Assembly: GCA_016839805.1 (NCBI GenBank)
Contig: JAEOTO010000022.1
Location: 1 to 64,000, forward strand
Source: Candidatus Hermodarchaeota archaeon
Lineage (GTDB): Archaea > Asgardarchaeota > Hermodarchaeia > Hermodarchaeales > Hermodarchaeaceae
Length of the DNA: 64,000 nt
Reading direction: 5' to 3'
The position numbers and the translations under genes were made by a program. Within the stretch, counting starts at the first letter, position 1; the number at the start of each line of letters is the position of its first letter. Under the pieces are notes generated by a model. The model worked only from the letters and a program-made list of their open reading frames with translations, ran no database searches and was not told the origin of the DNA. Shown piece by piece: positions 50,478-59,961 of this stretch.

Positions 50478-50870
50478 TTATCGTTTTTTCTTCTCAATAT
50501 GATGGTAAATCTTGTTGACAATCTTCCAGCCATCATCAGTTTTGAGCATATGATACAAATCAATATAATCAACGGGATCACTGGAAAAACTCAACTCTAT
50601 CACCACTGATGCAGCATTTCCAAATCGCTCAAAGGCTTTAATCTCGAACCAAGCTACATTATCGGTATTGTCAATCCCCTCTGCAAATTCTAGGTCTCGC
50701 ATTTCCTTCCAATGATCCCGGCGTGCATAGGAGATTTGACCATCCTGTACTCCTATAGATAATCCATCCTCATAGAAAATCTGGGAAATCGTCGCATAGT
50801 CTAGTGTCCGAAGTCCTTCCACAAAGGTAGCTATGCTCTTGTGAATATTCGCATACTCAGGATCTGACAT
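50478..50870 (-). CDS. NTF2-like (putative lumazine-binding) protein
   Basis: GNAASV...YIDLYHMLK..DGWKIVNKIY. Confidence 0.82.
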   Translation of the reverse strand: MSDPEYANIHKSIATFVEGLRTLDYATISQIFYEDGLSIGVQDGQISYARRDHWKEMRDLEFAEGIDNTDNVAWFEIKAFERFGNAASVVIELSFSSDPVDYIDLYHMLKTDDGWKIVNKIYHHIEKKKR

Positions 50871-50944
50871 AACTCCACCTCCTTGCCTGAGCTTTAAAAG
50901 ACTAAATGATATGGCAACACCTCATCTCATACTACCAAATCTGG

Positions 50945-50984
50945 AAAAGAAAAACCAACAGGGGCCTGGAGATACGCCAGCCCC
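50945..50984 (-). terminator. Hairpin plus T tract downstream of the flavoenzyme gene
   Basis: Minus strand reads GGGGCTGG...CCAGGCCCC then TGTTGGTTTTTCTTTT. Confidence 0.6.
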
Positions 50985-51011
50985 TTATTATCTTACTACG
51001 AAAGTATTGTA

Positions 51012-52070
51012 CTAATTTACTAGTTTGGTAACAGCCTTAAGCCGCATTTCAGCTTCTTTGACGATACTGTCCACAACCTCTTTCACAGTTGGGATATCAC
51101 CGATACCACCAATGGTCTGCCCAACAAGGATTGGACCTTTCTGGACATTACCGCGGTAAACCATTTCATAACTTTCCATTTCATTTAGGAGGTCATCAGC
51201 GGTCATTGATGCTTCTTCAGCCATCCGGGCATCACGATCCGGAACTGCTACACCATGTTTCTTAGAATATTCATTCTTCAGTAGGCGAATCGGACCAAAT
51301 GCACCGGTGGTCATAACCGTATCTTCGTCGGTTGCTGGGAGGATGAGGGCTTTGTAGTCGTCATGGAATTCGCATTCTTTGGTGGCGATGAAGCGTGTAC
51401 CCATTTGAATCCCAACGGCTCCCATGGCAAGGGCGCCAGCAAGCCCTTTACCATCGTACCATCCACCACACGAAACAACAGGAACATCACCTGCGAATTC
51501 CACCATTTCCGCCGTAAGAACGGTGGTAGCGACTTTTTCATAGCTGTTGTGGCCACCTCCCTCATAGCCTGTAGCGACGATGCCGTCAAGGATGCCTTTG
51601 GTTCCCGGGAATTTTTTCTGGAACCAAGCAGGGTTAAGGGCTTTTTCGGCAAGCCATTTAGCGGGAATCACGTGGAAGACGAGGAGGTCAGGATCTACGT
51701 CTTTGAAGTGGTGGGCCCCAGGGCGTGGGTCACCTGCTGAGGTGATGACGAGTCGGAGTTGTTCGCCAACTTTTTTATTTTCTTTACGGACGCGGGGAAT
51801 GAGCTTGATGAGGTCAGGGTAGTCAATTTGGAGTCGTGCGGTACGAATGTTAACTCCAAAGGGCTTATCAGTATTTTCAACGACGTCGAGAATATTTTTT
51901 TCCATTTCTTTAATGGGATCAAGGTTACGTAGGTTGGTGTGAGAGACGATGCCAAAAGCACCGGCATCGCTAACAGCTGCGCAGAGTTTAGTTGTGTAAA
52001 AGGGCCCCATCGCGGCTTGGATGATGGGGTGTTTGCAGCCAAGCATTTCTGTGAGTTTTGTTTTAATCAT
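51012..52070 (-). CDS. Nitronate monooxygenase / FabK-like FMN TIM-barrel oxidoreductase
   Basis: PIIQAAM, KPFGVN, GYEGGGH, GG..DG.G..GALAMGA.GIQMGTRF. Confidence 0.88.
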   Translation of the reverse strand: MIKTKLTEMLGCKHPIIQAAMGPFYTTKLCAAVSDAGAFGIVSHTNLRNLDPIKEMEKNILDVVENTDKPFGVNIRTARLQIDYPDLIKLIPRVRKENKKVGEQLRLVITSAGDPRPGAHHFKDVDPDLLVFHVIPAKWLAEKALNPAWFQKKFPGTKGILDGIVATGYEGGGHNSYEKVATTVLTAEMVEFAGDVPVVSCGGWYDGKGLAGALAMGAVGIQMGTRFIATKECEFHDDYKALILPATDEDTVMTTGAFGPIRLLKNEYSKKHGVAVPDRDARMAEEASMTADDLLNEMESYEMVYRGNVQKGPILVGQTIGGIGDIPTVKEVVDSIVKEAEMRLKAVTKLVN

Positions 52071-52291
52071 ACAGTTCACCTTGGAGGAAACAAATTCTTT
52101 GATTTAGAGAATTTGCCTCTCATTTAACTGGAAGATAATTTAAGTGTGCGCATTGTTACGATTTCCCCCAAAACGTCAAGCTTATAGTACCGTACACAAT
52201 GATTACTTTGGGAACTTAGGCGTCATTGACGCCAAAGAATCGGCTACAGTATTCGAATAGTGTTTTGAAGCGTATTGAAGGTGGTCTAAGG

Positions 52292-52501
52292 ATGACAAAC
52301 CTTGGAAAACTCGACATGGCTTGCATTGGATTGATGGTAATTGTGATTCTCACCGCATCAGGATACTGGGCAGTGTTTGCAGGTGTTGTATGGATTGGAG
52401 GCACCCTTGTCTGGATGGGATGGGTCTGGTGGGTTGTATTCGCTGTAATCCTTATCTCATTGATCTTAATGGCGGTGACCTCACGTCATCGAAGGCGATA
52501 A
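52292..52501 (+). CDS. Small 2-TM membrane protein
   Basis: Hydrophobic, Trp-rich, basic C-terminus. Confidence 0.6.
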   Translation: MTNLGKLDMACIGLMVIVILTASGYWAVFAGVVWIGGTLVWMGWVWWVVFAVILISLILMAVTSRHRRR

Positions 52502-52599
52502 AAATAGTCTTTTAAGAAATGCCTGTCTTGGGGTTAGAATGCATTTATAATGTAAAGTAGAAAAACTCCTGTGAGTTAAAATAAGTAGATGTGATTCGA

Positions 52600-53709
52600 A
52601 TGGTAGATTTTGGGCAACAACTCTTTTTCTCTCGTTCCTGGGATTTGGTGAAAAAGAAAGTCGCGATGATGGTTGAGCAAAAAAACTGGAGATCGTGTTG
52701 GGTTCCGGATCACTTACGGGGTTTACCTCCCTTTGCCATCGATGATTTTCTATCACCCTGGACGATGCTCGGTGCTTTTGCCGAACTAGCACCCGATATG
52801 ACTTTAGGAGTGGCTGTCACCGATAGTATTCGGCTTCATCCAGCTATTACTGCCCAAAATGCTGTTTCACTTGATCATCAGACGAATGGTAAATTCATCC
52901 TGGGTATTGGAGCAGGGGAAAAAATGAATCTTGCTGCTTACGGGTTTAGTACAAAACGGGCTGTAAGCCGGATGCGGGAGTGCATCGATGTGATGAAACT
53001 TTTATGGACGCAACAAGGACCAGTAGATTTCTCAGGTGATTTTTTCAATCTGCGACAAGCTGTGTTAGTTCCAAAACCTGTACAGCAGCCCTCAGTACCC
53101 GTTTGGGTAGCTGGGAATGGTACCGTCACACGGCGCATAACCGGTGAAGTCGGTGATGGCTGGTTTCCCTTCCCTGGATTACCTCGTGTTTACAGAGAAG
53201 GTTTAGAAGATATTCATCAACACATGAAACGGGTTGGTCGTGATCCCAAAGAATTAGCTTGTGGGTTCTGGGGACGGGTATATATGCACGACGATCAGGA
53301 CAAAATTTCGCAATTTGTGAATCGGTTCCGTGGTGAACTTGCTTTGTATCCTTGGCTTATTCGGCTAATGGGATATTGGAAAGAGGAATTTGCTGATATT
53401 TACAAAGACTCGAATATCGATCCAAATCGATTAAGTCTACTAACCTTCGATGCAGATGATTTGGCGAAACTCAATATTGGGAAATTATTGCCGCTTGTTT
53501 CAGACATTCCTGAATCCGAACTTAAAACAGTCATGTTAGTAGGTTCACCTGAAGAGGTGACAAGGAAGATTCAAGCGTTTATTGATGTTGGTGTTGAGCA
53601 TTTTTGTTTTGAAATTATCAACGGAATGAGCAGACAAAATGCGCCGTTCACTTATTTCGATGTCTCCCGAATTCTTGCTGAAGACATCTACCCAAAATTA
53701 ACGATTTAA
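52600..53709 (+). CDS. LLM-class flavin/F420-dependent oxidoreductase
   Basis: WVPDHL, LG.AVT, HPA..AQ...LD...GKFILGIGAGE, DGW, GSPEEV. Confidence 0.9.
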   Translation: MVDFGQQLFFSRSWDLVKKKVAMMVEQKNWRSCWVPDHLRGLPPFAIDDFLSPWTMLGAFAELAPDMTLGVAVTDSIRLHPAITAQNAVSLDHQTNGKFILGIGAGEKMNLAAYGFSTKRAVSRMRECIDVMKLLWTQQGPVDFSGDFFNLRQAVLVPKPVQQPSVPVWVAGNGTVTRRITGEVGDGWFPFPGLPRVYREGLEDIHQHMKRVGRDPKELACGFWGRVYMHDDQDKISQFVNRFRGELALYPWLIRLMGYWKEEFADIYKDSNIDPNRLSLLTFDADDLAKLNIGKLLPLVSDIPESELKTVMLVGSPEEVTRKIQAFIDVGVEHFCFEIINGMSRQNAPFTYFDVSRILAEDIYPKLTI

Positions 53710-54941
53710 CGTTCTACTTTGCGACTGAGAATGAATACGAAGAGAGCAAGAAAGAACTTACCAACAAATGCAGTGACACTAGCAATCCAAAATTGTGGTA
53801 TCGCATCAAATGGAATTGGCGGGGCTACTGCAAAAGATACTAAGGCGATAGCGAGATTGGAAATAAAGTTGATAATGGGATTAGTCTGAATAAGACCTTG
53901 CGTCATATCAATCAGGAAAAGAGTTAGGGCTGTAAGAAATACAGTGAAAATAGTCCAGCCCATTAATTTCGATGGTTCCTCACCATACCCAAAGAATGTG
54001 TCCAGTAATTTACTCATACTTCCACGAATAGTCCATCGAAATCTTTCACCCCTCGTGAGAGGTTCAACATCTTTTTCTTGATTCTGATTGAATGCACTGC
54101 TCCAATAGGATTGGCGCATTGATCGCATTTCATTGAGATAGTGTTTACTACTGAGGTCTAATCGCCCCTCCTGTTTGAAGTAAATTTTAAGGACTCGATG
54201 ATCACGTGCGATATCACGAGCGTTACGCTTCTCCGTGTTGTAGTCTTCAATAGTGAAGGAACGGAGAAGATCACCAGTCCCAACCTCCGATTGCAGACCT
54301 TGCCGCTCTTGGTGCGCGACCAAGTTGTTTAATGATGCCGCGTTTTTTAAGGTGCAGAGCATCAATTGCGCTGATCCAAACTTCCCGGAAAAATATACGT
54401 TCTCTACATTGGTGCTATCAAAGTGTGCTGATACAAGATTTGCTCCCCGCAAATCTGTGTATTCAAGTGTGGCACCATCAAGCATGGCACCCTGCAAATC
54501 CGCTCGGACCAGATCCGCAAATTGAAGTTGTGTGAGAATTAGCTGAGCACGTCGTAAATTCGCTCCCCATAGAATGGCACCTTTCAGGTTTGCGCCCCAA
54601 AGGTCCGCTTCGAGAAGATTGGCTTGACTAAGATTGGCACCCTGTAGGTTGGCCTTTGTCAGAGATGCGCCATGCAGATTGGCATCATGGAAAAGGACTT
54701 CTAATAGTACGGCGTCATCAAGTCGTGCGTCGACCAGATACGCTTCACATAGGTGTTTCTGTTCGTCCTCACTTTGACTAAAGTCGATGTCGCGGAAATC
54801 TTTATCAGGTAAAACTTGGTGCCACCGACAGTAGGGGCTACCCGGGACGGTTGGGTGTGTACACCGTTCTCCGCGCTTGTGGCAGGGTCGTTCGTGACGA
54901 TAGATGTATGTACAAACAGCGGGTGGCACCTGTCCAGACAC
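53706..54941 (-). CDS. Pentapeptide-repeat protein with N-terminal Cys/His motif and C-terminal 2-TM channel-like domain
   Basis: About 20 A(N/D)LxG repeats; C..C..C..CRWH at the N-terminus; GYGEEP-TM...TM-RK tail. Confidence 0.85.
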   Translation of the reverse strand: MSGQVPPAVCTYIYRHERPCHKRGERCTHPTVPGSPYCRWHQVLPDKDFRDIDFSQSEDEQKHLCEAYLVDARLDDAVLLEVLFHDANLHGASLTKANLQGANLSQANLLEADLWGANLKGAILWGANLRRAQLILTQLQFADLVRADLQGAMLDGATLEYTDLRGANLVSAHFDSTNVENVYFSGKFGSAQLMLCTLKNAASLNNLVAHQERQGLQSEVGTGDLLRSFTIEDYNTEKRNARDIARDHRVLKIYFKQEGRLDLSSKHYLNEMRSMRQSYWSSAFNQNQEKDVEPLTRGERFRWTIRGSMSKLLDTFFGYGEEPSKLMGWTIFTVFLTALTLFLIDMTQGLIQTNPIINFISNLAIALVSFAVAPPIPFDAIPQFWIASVTAFVGKFFLALFVFILSRKVER

Positions 54942-55167
54942 TGACTGATTACCCCCTAAACACAGAATTTCTGAGTGTCTTTCTAATTTAGATGGGTCTC
55001 GCGTTACTACTGACTGTGCTTTTAAGTTGTTATTAGCCTTTGGGATACTGAGAAGGTCGTTCCGGAAAATCGCGGTTTTTTTTGAGATTGCATTAATCTA
55101 TTTAACGGATTACCCTTTGTAGCATCCTTGAAATGATAGTTCACTAACAAGTTAAGGTTGAATTATT

Positions 55168-56313
55168 ATGACCATTGCTGAGGCTTTTGTTGAGCATAAC
55201 GGGCGCATCCGTTCTGTTGATGTTCTTCGAGGTGTGGCACTGGTTTTTATGGTTATCAACCATTTTGGTCAAACCTTTGTGGGTGGCGGATATCATTCGC
55301 CGGTTGCTGCTGCGATTCTCTTCTTTGGAATCATTCCAGCTCCGCTCTTCTATATTGTGGCAGGAATTAGTGTAGTCTTAGTTAATAATCGCTTCAAACG
55401 AAAAGGAGCGACATCGGAAACAGTGTGGCAGTGGGTGCTTTCTCGGGGCCTTCTAATCATGGGTTTGGGCTATCTCTTCTCGGTTGTGCTGTTTGGCACC
55501 GTCTGGTGGCTAGACTGGAGCATTCTTCAGCTAATCGGGCTCTCCCTGATTGTTAGTCAATTGGTGTTATATATTCCTCGACGTTACCGTATCTTGCTAC
55601 CAATTATTTTCATCGTAGCTGCGCCTTTTCTTCGGATTTGGCTCAATTATGAAGGTATCGTCGGCACAGTTGGAAATCTTCATTATGCCCCTCCCTTGAC
55701 ACTGCTGGATCATCTTTCAGCCATTATTGCCACCGGAAAAGCTCCTATCTTTCCCTGGTTGGCTTGTCCAATTATTGGCACGATAGTCGGTGAGGCCTTC
55801 GTCCATCCGACTCCAAATCCTCGTCAACTCGTCTATCAGACCCTGTCAGTTGGCAGTATAATGTGCATTTTGGTTCCACCTTTGATGTTCTTTATGAGTG
55901 ATCCCGTTACACAGTATCCCCTAACCAATGGCTTCTTTCTCCTATCCACCGGAATGACCTTACTGGCTATTGCCAGTGTTGTGACCACCGTTGACGCATG
56001 GCACTGGTGGAACCCTTTAAGCCGATTCTTCGAAGTTAATGGACAAATTACTCTGATTTCTTATCTAGCCCACCATCTATACGGCATCGTCTTCTTCGGC
56101 GTTTTACTCGGTTTCTATCGTGCTATTGATGTGATAGGGTATATGGCAATTACGCTGAGCTATCTTATCCTCTCGCTAATTTTTGCGTATTTCTGGCTAC
56201 CCTTTCGAAATAAACGGTCCTCGTACTGGGATATCCTCGTTTCGTATCTCATCCTGATAATTGCTTTATACGGACGATGGATTTTTGCCGTCTTAGGATT
56301 CTGGGTCTTTTAA
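55168..56313 (+). CDS. DUF1624/HGSNAT-like membrane acyltransferase
   Basis: RIRSVDVLRGVALVFM..NH, APLF...AG.S, ILQLIG, PIFPWL. Confidence 0.82.
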   Translation: MTIAEAFVEHNGRIRSVDVLRGVALVFMVINHFGQTFVGGGYHSPVAAAILFFGIIPAPLFYIVAGISVVLVNNRFKRKGATSETVWQWVLSRGLLIMGLGYLFSVVLFGTVWWLDWSILQLIGLSLIVSQLVLYIPRRYRILLPIIFIVAAPFLRIWLNYEGIVGTVGNLHYAPPLTLLDHLSAIIATGKAPIFPWLACPIIGTIVGEAFVHPTPNPRQLVYQTLSVGSIMCILVPPLMFFMSDPVTQYPLTNGFFLLSTGMTLLAIASVVTTVDAWHWWNPLSRFFEVNGQITLISYLAHHLYGIVFFGVLLGFYRAIDVIGYMAITLSYLILSLIFAYFWLPFRNKRSSYWDILVSYLILIIALYGRWIFAVLGFWVF

Positions 56314-56416
56314 GAATTCGAACAAGAGAATTGTATCAAAACCAACATCGTGAAAATTCGTGTAAAGTTTACCTGGGAATAAAACATAAGTGGTATCAAA
56401 GGAGAAGAAATGCAAC

Positions 56417-57361
56417 ATGAACGAGCTACGAATTGGACACCTCTCCACTGCTTATCACACAGCGTTTATTTTAATGGGCGGTCGGTGGGTGGAGGAGAAA
56501 ATGCAGGTTAAAGCTGCTTGGAACCTATTTCCGACGGGACCTGCCATGATACAGGCTTTCAAAAAAGGTGAACTGGATATCGGGTATATTGGACTTCCCC
56601 CAGCAATGATTGGGATGGAACAAGGATTGAATATCAAATGTGTTGGCGGTGGACACGTAGAGGGCACTGTGGTTACTGCGCTAGCTGGATTCCAAACCAT
56701 TGATGAACTCGGCTCAGTGGAAGCGACATTAGCACAATTTGAAGGCAAGAAGATTGGCACCCCTTCTCAGGGATCGATTCATGATGTCATTATCCGAAAA
56801 CTCGTTACGGATGCCCAGCTAACTGATTCTGTGATAATCGAAAACTTTGAGTGGGCTGATTTTATCCTCGAAGCTATGGAAGACGAAGAGGTCGCCGGTG
56901 GTTGTGGGACTCCACCCCTCGCGGTATTAGCAAACCGGTATCTCAAAGCTCCCCTGGTTCTTCCTCCTAGCTCGATATGGCCATACAACCCAAGTTATGG
57001 GATAGTTGCGACTCACACAATGATCGAAGAAAATCCCCCCCTCGTCGAAGGTTTCCTTCAGATTCATGAAGATGCCTGTAACCTTATGCGCCTCAAACCC
57101 AACGAAGCTTCTAAGCTAGCTGTAAAAGAAATTGCCATTATTGGAGAAGATTTCTTACAACAAGTCTTCCGTGTTTCTCCCAAATATTGTGCTAGTCTTC
57201 CCTCCGAATACATCGAATCAACACTTGCTTTTATACCGGTTCTCAAGAAGATGGGTTATATCAAACGAACCTTAACAGAACGGGACGTCTTCGAAAAAAG
57301 TCTCATCGAAAAGGTTCATCCCGAAGCACCTCATTATAATGATCCAGGAAATCTCGCTTAA
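56417..57361 (+). CDS. NitT/TauT-family substrate-binding protein (orphan, no signal peptide)
   Basis: RIGHL, FPTGPAM..AF..GELDIGYIGLPPA, GTPSQGSIHDV. Confidence 0.82.
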   Translation: MNELRIGHLSTAYHTAFILMGGRWVEEKMQVKAAWNLFPTGPAMIQAFKKGELDIGYIGLPPAMIGMEQGLNIKCVGGGHVEGTVVTALAGFQTIDELGSVEATLAQFEGKKIGTPSQGSIHDVIIRKLVTDAQLTDSVIIENFEWADFILEAMEDEEVAGGCGTPPLAVLANRYLKAPLVLPPSSIWPYNPSYGIVATHTMIEENPPLVEGFLQIHEDACNLMRLKPNEASKLAVKEIAIIGEDFLQQVFRVSPKYCASLPSEYIESTLAFIPVLKKMGYIKRTLTERDVFEKSLIEKVHPEAPHYNDPGNLA

Positions 57362-57642
57362 CCACCTGCAACAGGTGGAATGAGTACCAGTTCACTTTTA
57401 TCATGAACGGACGTGTTGAATCCTCTAAGAGTGTCGATGTTTTTTCCATCAACAAAATACACAATTTGTAATCCACGAATATCTCGACCTGATCGAATCA
57501 TCCGTTGAAAAGATTTCCCATATTTCTTCGAAAGACGTTGAAGAACATGTTCAACCGTTGATCCGTCATCGATTTCGATCACCTCTTCTCGTGTCCCAGT
57601 AACCTCGCGAATCACACTGAGATAACGGATCGTTACATACAT
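57358..57642 (-). CDS. MoaD/ThiS/SAMP ubiquitin-like protein
   Basis: Beta-grasp pattern; C-terminal IPPVAGG. Confidence 0.92.
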   Translation of the reverse strand: MYVTIRYLSVIREVTGTREEVIEIDDGSTVEHVLQRLSKKYGKSFQRMIRSGRDIRGLQIVYFVDGKNIDTLRGFNTSVHDKSELVLIPPVAGG

Positions 57643-57823
57643 CAGGGTTCAGCTGTTCCTCTGCAGGCATATTAGATATAAACATCACGAAGGTTCTATG
57701 TTCAAAAATCAGACGTCGAATCCACTTAGTAGGATATTAATGCTAGACGTGGAGTAACACTAATTAGTTTCTCTGAAATGGTGTTCATCAACCCCTGAGG
57801 TGTGGTGAACAGGTGAACAGCAT

Positions 57824-59254
57824 ATGATTCCCACCCGGTCAAAAATAGTTTGTACAATTGGTCCAGCATGTGAAAGTAAAACAAAGCTCCTCCAGATGGC
57901 AAAAGCCGGGATGGATGTTTTACGGTTAAATCTCTCACACGGAACTCTCGATGAACATCGAGCCCGTTTCAAACGAATTCGCAAATATCTACCTGAGCAT
58001 CCGATTCTCATGGATTTAGAGGGTCCCCGAGTTCGAATTGGGGAAATGGCAAAAGCCGTCACCTTACTAGAGGGGGACAAGATTCGGTTAACGACAGAAG
58101 AAATTGAAGGCAATGCAGACCGGGTCTCTGTATCTTTAAAGACGTTGCCTAATAAAGTTGAAGAAGAACAGAGCATCTTCATCAACGATGGAATCGTAGA
58201 ACTACGTGTTGACAAAGTGAAGAATCGGGAGGTTTATTGTACTGTTGTTACCGGGGGTGAAATTAGTCGACACAAGGGTGTAAATGTGCCGGGAGTGGAT
58301 TTGGGAATGTCGGTACCCACACCCCAAGACATCGAACATCTCAGGTTCATTGCGGAATTAAGTCCCGAGTTTGTTGCTGTTTCAGCTGTCAAAAGAGCAA
58401 GTGAACTTGAAACTGTCAAGGGCTTCCTCCAAAAGAAAGGAATTGATATCCCAATTATTACCAAGATTGAACAAAAAATGGCCGTTGAGAATTTTGATAC
58501 CCTCCTCAAGGCTAGCTACGGTATAATGGTGGCTCGAGGAGATCTTGGAGTCGAGATTCCCCCTGAACAAATTCCACTTCTACAAAAGGAGATAATTCGA
58601 AAGTGCAATCAAGCAGGTAAACCAGTTATCGTAGCAACTCAGATGCTAGAGTCGATGGTGCGTAATTCACGACCAACACGAGCTGAAACCAGTGATGTTG
58701 CCAATGCTATTCTAGATGGTGCTGATGCAGTGATGCTATCAGCCGAAACAGCGGTGGGAAAACATCCTGTAAAGGCTGTCCAGGTGATGGAAACTATTGG
58801 TCGAACCATAATTCCTTCCTTTCCACAGCGCGACTTATCCTACTATGCATCCGATCAACACTTGATTGCTGAAGAACTGGGTCGCGCTGTCGTATCCATT
58901 GCTAAACACCTTGGTGTACAGACAGTCCTGGTGTTTACCATGGCGGGATATTCGGCTCGCATGGTTTCAAAATATCGTCCACCCGTACGGATTGTGGCTA
59001 GCACTCCACATGTCCGTGTTCAACGTCAATTACGTTTATTATGGGGAGCCGAATGCATACTAATCCAACACCACGAAAACATGGATGCGCTGCTTCTTGC
59101 GGCAATTAAACGGCTTCATGACGATGGGATAGTTAAATCTGATGAAGAAATCATCGTTGTTCGAGCTTCAGCACTTGTCCCTGGAAAAACGAATGTCCTG
59201 GAAGTGTACACGATTAGCGATGTGCTCGAAGCCAAACTGTTACGCAAGCGCTAG
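57824..59254 (+). CDS. pyk: Pyruvate kinase
   Basis: KIVCTIGPA, RLNLSHG, DLEGP, KIE, MVARGDLGVE, ATQMLESM, PTRAE.SDVANA. Confidence 0.97.
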   Translation: MIPTRSKIVCTIGPACESKTKLLQMAKAGMDVLRLNLSHGTLDEHRARFKRIRKYLPEHPILMDLEGPRVRIGEMAKAVTLLEGDKIRLTTEEIEGNADRVSVSLKTLPNKVEEEQSIFINDGIVELRVDKVKNREVYCTVVTGGEISRHKGVNVPGVDLGMSVPTPQDIEHLRFIAELSPEFVAVSAVKRASELETVKGFLQKKGIDIPIITKIEQKMAVENFDTLLKASYGIMVARGDLGVEIPPEQIPLLQKEIIRKCNQAGKPVIVATQMLESMVRNSRPTRAETSDVANAILDGADAVMLSAETAVGKHPVKAVQVMETIGRTIIPSFPQRDLSYYASDQHLIAEELGRAVVSIAKHLGVQTVLVFTMAGYSARMVSKYRPPVRIVASTPHVRVQRQLRLLWGAECILIQHHENMDALLLAAIKRLHDDGIVKSDEEIIVVRASALVPGKTNVLEVYTISDVLEAKLLRKR

Positions 59255-59284
59255 CTTACTCATTGAAGTTTTTTGGTCCTTGTT

Positions 59285-59800
59285 CTAATGGTTCTCGTCA
59301 ATCTCTCTAATTCGTTTAAGCTGAGACTTAGCCTCTTCCACTCGAATATTTCCAAGAAATAGCAAGGCAAGTTCAGCGCGTTTTCGCACATTATAATCTC
59401 TGTCCTGCAGGACCTGGTTGAGTGGTGTTATTGCCCGTGAATCTCCAAGAATCCCCAAAGCTAAGGCTGCTTGGTCGCGCACAAGGTTATGCCGATCATG
59501 GAGGGCATCGATAAGCGGTTCTAAGGCTCGGGAGTCCTTAAGAAGGCCTAGTGAAAGAGCTGCACAACTACGCACTCCAAATGATTGGTCCTTAAGCGCA
59601 CGAATCAGTGGTTCGACCGCCCGTGGATCACCGAGCTTACCCAACGTTGAAGCTGCTTGCCGCCGCTTACCCGCAACTTTACTTTGAAGGGCTCGAAGGT
59701 AGCGTTCGACTCGTCCACTCCTTGGAGGCGGTGTGCTTGAATCTCGCTCCTTTAGGCTAGTGTTTTTCCAGTCGCCTTGGCCCAACCTGAAATCTCCCAA
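59285..59800 (-). CDS. HEAT (PBS-lyase-like) repeat protein
   Basis: Repeats of R..AA..LG.L.D.RA..PL..AL.D. Confidence 0.88.
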   Translation of the reverse strand: MGDFRLGQGDWKNTSLKERDSSTPPPRSGRVERYLRALQSKVAGKRRQAASTLGKLGDPRAVEPLIRALKDQSFGVRSCAALSLGLLKDSRALEPLIDALHDRHNLVRDQAALALGILGDSRAITPLNQVLQDRDYNVRKRAELALLFLGNIRVEEAKSQLKRIREIDENH

Positions 59801-59961
59801 ACGTGATGAATCACTATTAGTGTTCTTTAGCTTAAAAATTCCTCTTATGTTTTACATAGACCGAAGTAGTCGGGGATAGATAATACTGGTCTCAAATGAA
59901 AGGAAGCCTTTTATGACCCACTGTAACCGTTGAGTGTAAAATGTTTAATGGGTGAAAAAGG

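Noticed and set aside
54400-54730. Repetitive DNA suggestive of an array
   Set aside because: Protein-level pentapeptide repeats; I saw no CRISPR-like repeat-spacer structure anywhere in the window
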